A DNA stretch of 63,983 bases, filler included, from Bigelowiella natans CCMP2755 (Eukaryota; Protista; Cercozoa): assembly GCA_000320545.1 (NCBI GenBank). It is 6 parts of 6 records of this genome, joined end to end, with 100 filler letters (N's around TTAATTAATTAA, not from the genome) between each part and the next. Parts side by side here need not be neighbours in the genome. Positions count along the whole stretch, not along the records: positions 23,844 to 36,038 come from ADNK01002651.1; positions 36,139 to 41,082 come from ADNK01002514.1; 4 more parts are not named here. The stretch is one strand, 5' to 3'. The notes beneath the pieces are model-generated. The model did no database searches. It was not told the origin of the DNA and saw only the letters and a list, made by a program, of their open reading frames with translations. Below, piece after piece: positions 27,271 to 38,900 of the stretch (position 1 is the first letter of the stretch; every line of letters begins with the position of its first letter). A program made the translations under genes and the position numbers.

Positions 27271-28409
27271 ATGGTTGTCAAGACCGATCTCTGCTTCTTC
27301 ACGGAGTGCAAAGTATTCCCTGGACATGGGATTCGCTTCGTTAGGAAGGATGGAAAGGTAGCAATATTGAAATAGAATGCGTTGGGATTATCATCTAAAA
27401 CTGAAGTTTAGTGCAATACCCGCCTTTGAGATCGGCAGCTTTTTTAGTGAATACAGCATGTTACACATGTGAAAAGAGGTTTCATATATTTGACCTTTGA
27501 ACTGACATTCGTCTGTATCCCCCTTCTCGCCTTCTTCACCTGCTAGATCCTCACGTTCCTCAACAGGAAGGCTTTCTCCCTTCACATGCAGCGTAAGAAG
27601 GCACAGAGGCTTCGATGGACCCTGGTAAATTACTCCTCGCTCACGCCCAAATCAGCGTGATGTGCTTTTCCTCTCCCTGCTTCTCCCACAATGCCAAATC
27701 TGATAATAGATGCTAGTGTTTACGGGGGGATGGTGATCAATAGAAATCAAACCTTGAGCCTAAGCTATAATTGGTGATAATATCAATGAATTCGAATGGA
27801 TAAAAGAAGCAGTAAAACTCCTCACAGAGAATATTCTCAGCCTTATCCTTTCCTGTTTCGTGCTTCTCCCCCTCCCCCCCTTTACTAAGGTTTGGCGCCG
27901 TAAGCACAAGGCTACCGCTAAGAAGATTGTGAAGAAAAAGAGCAAGAAGACTGTCAAGGTGGTCCGTGCTATTGCTGGCCTTTCTCTCGACGATCTCAAG
28001 AAGCGCCGTGACGTCAAGCCTGCATCTCGCAAGCCAAGAAAAGACGCGCTCATCAAGTGAGACTTATAATCCATACAGACGAAATGGGATGGGGGGGGGG
28101 AGGGAGAGGAGATATCATACTTAAATTTAGGGAAGTATTTGCACTTTGTTAGCATAGCACTAGGTCGCAAGAGAGGGGCCATTATTTTTAATAAAGCGTT
28201 TTCAATATATTCGGGAGAGTATCTCCGCCTCCTTTCTCTCTTCATCTCTCACACTTTCCGGTGCACGTACGATCCGCAGGGCTGTGAAGGCTCGCAAAAA
28301 GTCTAAGGACGAGAGGAAGAAGACAAAGGCGAACTTCTCCAAGGCTCGCAACGTCGGTTTCGTTAAGGTCCCCAAGGCACGTATGAAGATGCGTACGAGC
28401 CAGCGTTAA
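27271..28409 (+). CDS. RPL24: 60S ribosomal protein L24 (eL24), 4 exons
   Basis: MVVKTDLCFFTECKVFPGHGIRFVRKDGK|ILTFLNRKAFSLHMQRKKAQRLRWTL|VWRRKHKA...RAIAGLSLDDLKKRR...|..MRTSQR*. Confidence 0.95.
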
Positions 28410-28439
28410 CTTATAAACACGGTGTCCTGAGACAGACTA

Positions 28440-28950
28440 CTCGCAGCACTGCTGTATTTGCACATGCACGCGGTGTAGGCAAGTTACATATGGTTTTTCG
28501 CCATCATCATTATCATAACGTGGCTTGGAATAATGTCGAACGTATAGTGTGCATTGCATGGCCGGTGCATGATGTTAATAGGGAATTGGGACTATAAGTC
28601 CATGTATGTTCCAGTGTTGTTGATCAATCGAATTTTTGTTCAATGCTAAATGGTCATCTTCAGTCATCGAGCTAGCTAGCTAGCTCGCAGGATGTGCAAT
28701 GCAGCGTATCGTACGTACAAGCGGCATGTGTATATGTGCGGCTGACGCATTACTAGCGCTAGCTAGTGCGCATCGTGGCCCACCTGCTAATCCAAACATG
28801 CCTCATTGTGCAGATTGCTGCACTTACATAGCATTGCAGCTTATCCTAACTACATGTAGCTAACTCTAGTAACTAGCCAAACTTGCTAGCATGGTGGAGG
28901 AGGTGATCACGCACTGCATGTTCACCGCGAACACTGATCGATCGAGTGTT
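28440..28950. other. palindromic-word-rich block between convergent 3' ends
   Basis: GAGCTAGCTAGCTAGCTC, CTAGCGCTAGCTAG, CGATCGATCG and CGTACGTAC between RPL24 (+) and the kinase (-). Confidence 0.75.
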
Positions 28951-29169
28951 ACGTTTTGGATTTTTTTTGCGATGTTAATTGGTAATACGTGTCATCAGCG
29001 TTGTTGTTCTTATTCCATGCAAACTTGTTATCACCGTGAGACATTGCGATTGTGACGAGTAGTGTCTACGTACATGCCTTGAGTGTTAATAACAGCAGCG
29101 TCGTATAATGTTTCACTATGCTACTAGTGCAGTTGGCTGCGTGTGTGTATGCGCGGGTATTTGTGTTGT

Positions 29170-29414
29170 TCAGGAAACAAAAATGTCTGCGTCGTAAGGT
29201 TTGCTGTCGATCCACACAAGATCCCCTTTCTTGTAAGGGGGCAGAGTCATCGCAACTTTCCTCCATGTCTTGAACACGCGCGCAAATTCTCTCAACTCGT
29301 TCTGATATCCCATCTCTATAGCCGCAGTAATAGCAGATCTGGTTTCGTATCTTGAAGAAAAACATAGCCAAAACATTAAATCAAACACTAAGTTCTCCTC
29401 TCCGTAACTTCAAA

Positions 29415-29462
<48 letters not shown>

Positions 29463-30070
29463 ATATTGACATGGTTCACGGGAAGAGTCGATACCAACAC
29501 ATCTTACACGTAGCTACCTATCCAAAAAGCGGAGAATTGACTCAATTCCTGGCACATCTCTGACTGGGTCCAGATTCTTGAAGAATTTGGTTGTGTCAGT
29601 CATAGACGACAACACCTGCGATGGGGAAACGATCCTTTTCCACTCTCCCCCATCCGATTCGATTTCGGTCTTCAACGACTGGGAGGCGGCCTCCTTCAGG
29701 GCTTGTTTCGCAGCGTTCTCATCAAAGTCCTGGAGAAAGTCATGTTGCATCGCTTCGGTAGCGGACAAACGAGAGGCCTCGGTTGGGTTGCGCAGAGATG
29801 TTAAAAAAGCTGTAAAGTGAGGGTCCATGTGCTCAACGAAGCCTTCTTCAGCAAATTCCGAGTGCGAAATCCTTGAGGGGCTGCAGTTTTCTTATTATTA
29901 CGACCCCAAAAAGGACAAAAATAATAGATACTCAGATGGTTTTGGGGTGTATATTCTTCCCTCTTCTTCAAGAGTAGTGCTGGTAGGAGTAATAGTAGTA
30001 GTGGAAGGGATATGGCAAATGCCAGAATGATTGCAGCGTGGTACATATTCAATAGTTATATCATATATAT

Positions 30071-30112
<42 letters not shown>

Positions 30113-31184
30113 CAGATTACCTTGATTAAACAGCCTGGTGCGTAAACGAATTGGGCCATGGTCGAGCCGAGAGTGAATATATCCAATTTGGTATTGTCAA
30201 ACATCCACCGTGTAGTCTGCCCTTTTTGTTTCTTCTCGATTACCTTATGTACATCTTGGGGAATGTATTCCATAGTTACGCAAACCGGCTCCTCAGTTAA
30301 TTCCGAGACACCTCCAAGGTCCAGGACAATGACTTCCCTGTGATTGAATAAGTTTAAATGATAATAACAGTATAAGTTCTTCCTTCTTACGGCATTTATA
30401 AAACCGAATGTAGGCGACGTTTCTTAATGTGTCTAACAAATACCCAGTTCTTGCATCAACGACGATGTTGTCGGGCTTTATGTCATTGTGCGAGAACTCA
30501 ATGGAGTGGAACTTTTCGAGAGTCCTTAACACGGACATCGAGACATACTTGATCGCATTCCAATACCTATTTAACCGCCCCCCAAAAAAACATAGATTTA
30601 TAACGGATCGTTTTTCCTGGTTGAATAAAAACCGGTGGAACTTAACCGGGTGCATACATGAATATCATTGCAGCTAGCACGGCCCAAAATATCCACAAAG
30701 GATGCGGAAACCACCAGATTTGTAAAAGAGACGCGCTCTCAAATGAAACTCAAATGCTCTTTTCCAGGTCGTCCTATACATATATATATAATATATATAT
30801 GTATATATTACTTTGCCCACAGAGCGTCTCGATCCGCGTCGGAGGGAGCATTGAGTATATTCTCCCGCAAACGGCGCTTCAAAACATTACCATCCAGGCC
30901 AGGATAGTACTTCATTATCATCATCTCCTCATATGCGGTAGCAAGCCGCACCTTTCCATACCCGTATACTTGTACAAGATTTGGAAACCCACTCGGTCCT
31001 CCTCCTAGTGAGTACATCTTTTCATACATCAGAAATTCCCGCTCTGTGCCGACGTTATCGTCGGATAGCTCCACTGATCCCGACGCCAGTATCTCCGCAG
31101 GTTTGCTATTCTTCTTCGAAACTTTCACAGCTGTTCGATCTGTTTTCAGTAGCACTTCTTCGCCCGTCTCTACGAATCTACGTA

Positions 31185-31226
<42 letters not shown>

Positions 31227-32227
31227 GCACCAATGATAGCATGCAATGACGCGAGAAATCAACGCGGTGTTTGAAATGTAAAAAGTAAAATGCTAAGAGT
31301 GATTTTTTCCTGACCGATACAGACGAGTTGACCCTTGCTGGCCTGCTTTGATATCCTTGTGCAGAGACTCGAGGTTAGTCAGATCCTTTGGAACTTTTGA
31401 TTCCGGATAGTAGTCCAGACGACGAAGCCATTTGTACGGCTGTCCATTGTGAGCCTCCACAACCGAGCCTCCGAAAATTTGCTTCAGCTCGTTGCTTTCT
31501 TCACCAGCGGACTTCCCCGTGTCGATGAGCTTGATGCTTTTCGTCTGGACCAATGAGCTCAGTTCAATCTTCAAGTCTAAGAGCTTGGACATCACTGCTA
31601 GGAGCTTCGGAAGTTTCAAGTGCTTCGCAAATTTCCCCAGACCTGTAGCCTGCTTCATCTCTCTACCCAGGCTCTGGATGTTGAGGTATATCGACTCCGT
31701 ACCGCTCCATGCCGTCTGAATCCTAGATGCAATTGCCGACGAGTCCCCCTCCTCCCCAGCGGCGTTGACGTCATCTACCAATGCATTTAGCCCCTTGATA
31801 CACTCGTTCACTTTGTACAGGCTTGTTTTCTTCTTGGAAATGGCCGGGCACGGAAGGTCTTCGTCTGGTTCCAAGAGCTTAAACTTGAGAGAGGCAGCCA
31901 CTTTAGGGAGCTTGGTTTTCACGAGAGGATCGCTTCCTTCCCTAGAAAGTCTGAGATCCCAAGTAAGTAAGAAGTCAACGGAGAGAGATATTCTTTGGTT
32001 AGAGGGCGTTATTTTACTCGCCAGCTTCAGAGGCTATAAACAATTGAGTACAAAAGCGAAAAGAAGGGAGAAAACACCAGCAAAAATCCGACTCACGTTT
32101 GGTTGAATCGAATAAGTGTCCCGCGGCCTCCGATGTTCGTCTGCCTCCCCAGAGCGGCAAGCATCGGAACGCAGATTAGCCAAGGAAGGGCCACCAGGCA
32201 CCCATTGCCGGGTCGCCGTCCCCACAT
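29170..32227 (-). CDS. divergent Ser/Thr protein kinase with probable N-terminal signal peptide
   Basis: Motifs in order: IKAGQQGSTRLY (Gly loop), EVLLK, EREF, HNDIKPDNIVV, DLG, TMEYIPQD, KLDIFTLG, RLSATEAMQHDFL. The first exon, MWGRRPGNGCLVALPWLICVPMLAALG.., splices in frame across an intron at 32096-31951. Confidence 0.85.
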
Positions 32228-32564
32228 GCTGCGTTTTTTTTGGTCCCAGCGATTTGAAAACAAAATTCAAATGTCCGGATTCCCGGACCGGAGTGCGCCG
32301 TTACAACCGTTACGCCGTTACACTAGATCTACGACAATGGAGTGTTTGATGCACGAACGTCTCGAAGTCGAATAAATCTCATCCTCTCGAGTTGCACCCT
32401 GTTGGGGGGTTTTCGGTCACGAGGGTGGGTGGGTGGGTGGTTTGTCCTCTCCCATCTAGCCATCCCTGAACCACACATTCCTGTTCACCGGTGGGACAGA
32501 CAGACGTGTCGCCCCAGCCACCGGAGGCTTGGTTGCCAAGTGAAGGGTGTTTGGATCTGTGTCA

Positions 32565-32996
32565 AACGTTCTTCCCGGGTGAAGGCTTCACTTGATTGCA
32601 TGCCAGCATGTCTGACCATTCGAACAAGTTCATCCCGGCAAGCATGCAGTTTTCATTCCCGGAAAAACTTTGCGCATTTTCTCTTGCCATCGCATCGTGC
32701 TAGCGTGGTGTTTCGGTCACAAACTCAAGTCCAAAGGAAACGCGTGGACTGGAAAACTCCACTCTGTCTGGTCTAAGCTTTGGGGAGAACTCAGATCAAA
32801 CCATGACCAATTTGAATCAAGTTCGAAGTTGAGTCAAAGCAGTGTGACGTGCACAATGTGCACTTGAAGATTCTTCCTGGAGGAAGCCTTCACTCGATTG
32901 AATTGCTGACTCGAATGGATTCATTTGAAGCAGTTTTCACTCCCGAAAAACTTTCTAATGACTCATCATGGCATCACGCAGTCGGCCCTGCTAGCC
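32565..32996. repeat. degenerate direct repeat, two ~135-bp copies about 300 bp apart
   Basis: TTCTTCCCGGGTGAAGGCTTCACTTGATTG..GCAGTTTTCATTCCCGGAAAAACTTT versus TTCTTCCTGGAGGAAGCCTTCACTCGATTG..GCAGTTTTCACTCCCGAAAAACTTT. Confidence 0.8.
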
Positions 32997-33618
32997 TGCT
33001 AGCTAGCTAGCTAGCTAGAGCCATGCAAAGCATTTGCGTGATCGAAGCTCGTGAGCGAGTGCTTCGCTAGCTAGCTAGCTCGCTAGGGATGCACACACAG
33101 CTCTAGTGTCCTAGCAGAGCTCCAGAGCAAATTAGCTAGACTAGCGCACACAGATGTGTGCAAACCTGACTGCACGCACATTTAACATCCAAACAACATC
33201 TAGACATATCGCGCACAGAGACATCAGAACAACTCGAACATGAGCATGACTACAATTGCCAACAAAATGACAGTATGTAGGAAATTTTGCGACGATGATC
33301 TGCCAATCGATAACAATTTATATTGATTGTTATTAAATTCTGCATACATACAAAAGCTGAATCGATCAGCATGTAGCGAAGTATGCAGAAAAAGGAGATG
33401 CCACGTTAATAATTTTCTAAACAGCTGGACTTTAAGTACGTGACCTCCAAAGCGAAGCAACCAGTTAATCATATCAGCACTCGATCTGCTGCATGCCCCC
33501 AATTGAGGAGGGCGGGGCGGTATCTTTACATGTTTTTTGAACTGGCTCTCAATCTCTACTTATCTTTAACAATATATCACATATATTATAGTATCATAAA
33601 ATGTCAGCTTGATTAAAC

Positions 33619-33653
<35 letters not shown>

Positions 33654-33676
33654 TATAAATTGTAAATGTTGTAAAA

Positions 33677-33994
33677 TCACGTTTGTTGGTCTAATTCACT
33701 GCTACTCGAAACTAAACTGCTGCATCTGCTACTTCGAACAGGTCGCATAGACGGAGAAACGCCCATTACGGGGCCTGGAAAGCCTTCGGACACATTGAAA
33801 TTCCTGACGAATCTAAGAACCACCACGCTTACGTTGTCCCGGGAGCGTAGCTTGTTGACTGCGTGCTCGACCTGCACGGGAGTGTGTGTGTAAGAGGAGG
33901 AAGGGAAAATCAATGAATCATGGAAGAATCGATGAGAGAATACGAAGAGTATATAGAATGGCGCCAGGAAACTAACAATAAGGGATCTGTTTGC

Positions 33995-34036
<42 letters not shown>

Positions 34037-34520
34037 GCTATGGCGTGTGTGTGTGGAGTGTTTTGTGCTTTGTTGTGAGTGTGCGCGTGAGGGCGGCGGC
34101 GGAGGAGGAGGAGGAGGAGGAGGAGGAGGAGGAGGAGCATTGATCGCCCCTTAGCCTAGCTTAGCTGAGTACTCACCAATGCGACGCCAACGCCCTTCAC
34201 TGAGGCCGCCTTCTCCAGCTTTGAAGAGACAAAACCAACTACGCTCTCATCGCTCATCACGTCAAATAACCTTGGATTGGACGCCAACGAAGTAGACGCG
34301 AAAAGCGACAGACGACACAACGCACGTTTGCTTAGATTTTGTCCGTATCAATCTCCACTTGTTTGATGGATTTTGTGTGATTGGTCGGAGATAGGAGGGG
34401 AGGGGGGACACGTTTGTGTTTTTATTCGCACATCATTTACTACCCATCACACCCGAGGATTAAATACTCATCAGAGCTGCTCAATCGCAAATGGCGGACC
34501 TGATAGGAATCGTATATATG

Positions 34521-34561
<41 letters not shown>

Positions 34562-34812
34562 GTGTGTGTGTGTGTGTGTGCGTGTGCGACCGTATGCATA
34601 TACTCGAATAATGTAAGAGGCAGAAAATGATGACGCAACAGCACAGCACCGTGGAGGGGGGGGGGGGGGGGGAGGAGGAGGAGGAGGAAGACACGCTGAT
34701 TGCACTAGTTACTACCACTACTTAACTACTTACTACCTCAGGACGAACACTCACAGTCTCTCCCCCATCTTCCTTGAATTGGCCATCTCCAAATGCACGA
34801 CTGATTCACATT

Positions 34813-34881
<69 letters not shown>

Positions 34882-35598
34882 ATTATATAAAATATACAAT
34901 GATATATGTAGATTTACATTGCATCAGGGTCTTATATCTTGACATGCGCTGCTTATTCACTGCCACTTGACGCTATTGCTATCAGATACATTCCCCTTCT
35001 CTCTGTGGAATCCTTCCGCCCACTGAACGACTGATAGTATATTACCTGACAGCGAGCTCCCCGTTTACTCTTCCACGGAATATAAAACCTTCGTTTGCGA
35101 CGCGAGTAGGGAGGTGACGATAGATGAAAGAGAGAGAGGGAGAGAGAGAGATCTCGGTTGATAATGCAACGATGTGCAATTCTCATTCACACATGCTGCT
35201 GCAGCAGAACAGTAGCATTACAAACTTCATAATATAATACTACTAGTAGAAACAGATATCAATAATAACCATGCCCACCCACCCACCTCCTGCGCGCTTG
35301 ATGCGAGCAGATTCGACTGGATTTGTTGGCTTTTGTATCTGACCGTGAGTTAAACAAGGGAAGGGGGGAGGAGGAGGCCAAGGTTAACTCTCATACAACG
35401 GCGGCACACCAGCGCTGCTGCTATCGGGTCAATAAGGGCAACAAAGCACCACTTTCACTACCACTTCTGCCGCTACAGACAGCTATCGCTCTCACTCTCA
35501 CTGCATTCTTGTTTATTCACGAACCACCTACCGTGGAAAGCGACACGGCGCGGCCCCCCCGACTCAAGACCGCACGCGAATCTCCGACATTTGCAATC
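33677..35598 (-). CDS. PP2C/PPM family Ser/Thr phosphatase, C-terminal half (5' part lost in gap)
   Basis: IANVGDSRAVLSRGG, ESARIKRAGG, GRVNGELAV-SRAFGD, EYLILGCDG-LFDVMS, RSRDNVSVVV. Confidence 0.92.
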
Positions 35599-36038
35599 TA
35601 GGAGGGGGAACGGAAGAACGAAGACCGCAAAGCGGGAGACAGAGAGAAGGGGGGGGAGGGGGAGGGAGAGAACAAATAAGGGAATTCCTAGATAATGCAG
35701 ACATTCGATGTTTTAACCATCAAGAATGCAGGAGGGTTGGTGTCGCCTATATACTCTATCTGCAGTTTCGAGATCCATTCATTACTATAAATAAATAAAT
35801 AACCGACTACTATCACACTACCGCCCCGCGCTCACCCCCCCCCCACCCCCTTAAAAACACCCACAGGGGCACTGCTGCTATTGGAAAGGGTTGGGATCCC
35901 CTAATCCTAGGGGGAGCGGGTTTTGCTTAAAGAGTTTACTTTTCCTACCCCAAGTTCCCGGGTGGGGGTGGTGGGATAAGGAACATAGAGGCGCAAGAAC
36001 CCGGCTCAACTTATGTCCCGTCCAAAACTTTTTTGTCT

Positions 36039-36138
36039 NNNNNNNNNNNNNNNNNNNNNNNNNNNNNNNNNNNNNNNNNNNNTTAATTAATTAANNNNNN
36101 NNNNNNNNNNNNNNNNNNNNNNNNNNNNNNNNNNNNNN
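36039..36138. other. assembly gap with TTAATTAATTAA spacer
   Basis: Same N44-spacer-N44 structure. Confidence 0.98.
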
Positions 36139-37160
36139 GATAGCAAACATAAAAATAAAATATTTCTTTTTCGGCGGAGCAATGATCCTTTCTCCCTTCT
36201 GCCCCGGATTGAGGGGCAGAGCCGTCGCCAGAGGCAGCAATTCTTCGGGAATAAATTTGAACAAACACCCAATACATCTCCCAGATGAGTGAGTTGATGC
36301 CGGGGGCATGCGTGTTTGTTTGTTTGCGCAGGAGATGGTTGCTTTGCGTCGGAGTAACAGTAGCAGGGGTAGCACCAGTAGTATGATAGATGCCGAGGGC
36401 GAGGAAAATCCGGGTGACGAAGGCCATGAGCCCACCGCTGATGAAGATGGTCGACCAACAGCGCAAAAGACCGAAAGGCAGCTTTTGTGAAGATCGCAGA
36501 GGCAGGGAAGAAAGCTAAGGTGGTGGTGGTGGTGGTGGTGGTGGGGGGGGGGGGGGGGGAGAGTTCATAAAGTCGCCGGAGAAACTACCCGTCCACATGT
36601 ACAGCAGCAGTAGCAGCAGCAGCAGCAGCGACGAAAACAACAACCAATAGCAAAGAAGCCACTACTGGCAAGAAGAAGGCGATAACTGCTGTAGCAGTTC
36701 TTGCTACTGCCAGAAGTGACGTTTGCGCAGATCACTGATCGACGTTTCACCCCCCTCACCTTCCCCCCTCCCTCCTCCTCCTCCTCCTCCTCCTCCTCCT
36801 CCTCCTCTTCCTTGTGATCTTATCTCCGCGGATGTGACGATGATTGGCCGATAACAATGCGTCAAAAGGGACCTTTTTCTATGACAAACGCGGGCCTCGA
36901 TGACACGTTCGTTCGCATTTTCGTCGAAGGTAGCAGGGGTTGTGATCCATTGTCAGGGGGGGGGGGGGGGAATTTCCCCTTCGTCGTTTACTATCATCCA
37001 AGAATGAACACGCCAGATGGAGAATATCGTGATGGACACTCAACGGTGAAATTAGGGACATTGCAGCCGGGCGCCGCCCCCCACCTCACCGAGGTAAACT
37101 TGGAGAGCAATAGCATCTCAAATCCGGGTGCGTGTTGTTTATGGTGACGACGACGATGAT

Positions 37161-37191
<31 letters not shown>

Positions 37192-38073
37192 CTGATGAAG
37201 GTCACAGGATGGCGATCACGTCCATCATCGTCGTCGTCGTCGTCGTCATCATCATCACCATCATCATCGTTGTCTCGTAATTATGGTTGTTGGTGCTGAA
37301 CGTGGTAGGATTTGCCATGCTGGCGGAAGCTGTCGCGAAGATGCCCACTCTGACATCGATCAAGCTCCGCCACCAGAGAACCGCGCCTTCAGTAGTATTC
37401 CTAGCAGTAGCATGCTGCCTGTTGTGAAAATCGGGCAAAAGCATCATTGCCTTTGTTGTGATTTTGAAATATGTTTGAAACCCTCGCCGCCACTTCTTCC
37501 CCTCCCCCCCCCCCCCTTCCTTCCATTCGTTAATTCTCGGCCTCGTTTCTCGATGGCATTGTTGTATCTTGCAGGTTTCGAATCAGGACTTATTCCTGAA
37601 GGCAATGGAGCTCAATCCATGTACTTTCCAACCACGCATCCGATTCGTGCAACGCACGCGGAAAAGGGGGGGAAGGAGGGGGGGGGGGGGAGGGGTCAAT
37701 GTGAGGAGGAAATCATAGGGCTGGGAAGGGTGGGGGGCGGAAGAGAAACGTGATCATCGGAGAGATTTTGAGCGAGATTGAATTGCTCTTACTGCTGTTT
37801 GTTTGTTGTCTCGTAGCTATAATAAAGATGAGCGTGGAGATGAACCGTGAGCGCAGCGCCAAAAGGTATATCGTACCACCGACGCGTGCTGTGTACGCCA
37901 GAGGACGGCATTCACTGATTGCACATTGCCGCACTGTTCGGTTTAGATCACGGAAACTTCTGTTGGTGTTATTCCTGCTGCGTCTGTGTAGGGACAAACT
38001 CGAAAGCCGCAATCGTGACTTGAAGCGGAAGGCTCGTCTGAAAGCAAGAGCAGCGACAAGAAGTGAGAGCTGA
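36139..38073 (+). CDS. protein ending in a tropomodulin/leiomodin-like LRR-cap domain (5' part lost in gap)
   Basis: FSMTNAGLDD..|..LTEVNLESNSISNP|GFAMLAEAVAKMPTLTSIKLRHQ..|..FLKAMELNP|.IIKMSVEM..|..SRNRDLKRKARL parallels the Tmod pattern LxxLNxESNxIxxxG..LxExK/RxxNQ..N.DLxRKxRL. Confidence 0.7.
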
Positions 38074-38089
38074 GCGAGAATAAGAGGCA

Positions 38090-38850
38090 CGCACAGCAGG
38101 CATCGCATGCATCATTTGTGTCATCTTTTCTTTATTTGCTCGCGATGCGATCGTATGCGATAGCCAACTACGCAGCATAGAAGCGGTTTATGTGCGTATG
38201 GTTGCATCATTCAGTCATTCTATAGCATTCACATGTTCTAGTATTACGCATCCAATCGCGAACGCCAGCAGGTCTAGAGGTATATCCGTCTCACATGTTC
38301 TAGTATTACGCATCCAATCGCGAACGCCAGCAGGTCTAGAGGTATACCTCGCTCAACCTTGTACGCTAGTACGGCTCTATTGCAGATATGCTGGTGTGTG
38401 TCATCTAGATCATCATAATCGCGCGCGCAACAAGCCACATCTAGACATGCATGTGAACGTTGCATTGTGTGATGCGCTCGCGCGCTGCATGCCAAGCACG
38501 CACCGGCTAGCCAGCTAGCTAGCAGTCCCCCATGACATCGTGCGCACGCACGATTTTGCTTCACACGTACACACTTTCGTCTAGACTTTCTGCTAAGTGT
38601 GCCACACGCGCACTTGCACGATGGCGATTGTTTCTGTACTAGCTCGCAGCACGCATGCTAGTATGCTAGTATATAGTATGGCTGAACGATGAGCAGCCCC
38701 GATGCGACTTCTTTATGACAGCATGTTGCGCGAGCAGATGCAGAAAGGGCATGATTAATGACACTTACATATTCCTCGCCCCCCCCTTGCCCACGTGTTT
38801 ACACAAGCACGTGCCCACCTGCACCATGTAGGGTCAAACGCAAGCATGAA
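38090..38850. other. palindromic-word-rich block between convergent 3' ends
   Basis: GCATGCAT, TCTAGA several times, GCTAGCCAGCTAGCTAGC between the Tmod-like (+) and Sec16-like (-) genes. Confidence 0.75.
38229..38346. repeat. perfect 56-bp direct repeat, period 62 bp
   Basis: TCACATGTTCTAGTATTACGCATCCAATCGCGAACGCCAGCAGGTCTAGAGGTATA at 38229 and 38291. Confidence 0.95.
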
Positions 38851-38900
38851 ATCCATTGCTCATCGCCTACCTACTCTCGATCCGCACTCGAGGAATGGAG

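Noticed and set aside
27400-27450. CAATACCCGCC...GGCAGCTTTTTAG resembling the U4 snRNA 3' stem and Sm site
   Set aside because: The U6-pairing 5' region and K-turn of U4 are absent; the resemblance is short.
32034-32096. Hydrophobic stretch IFAGVFSLLFAFVLNCL as a kinase transmembrane helix
   Set aside because: It lies after a strong GTGAGT donor, inside the inferred first intron, and ends in a stop.
35830-36038. Odd-composition sequence flanking gaps (also about 40800-41082)
   Set aside because: Follows homopolymer or AT tracts at contig ends; probably low-quality read tail.
24226-38346. Short direct repeats as CRISPR-like arrays
   Set aside because: Only two copies each, no spacers, eukaryotic context, no cas genes.
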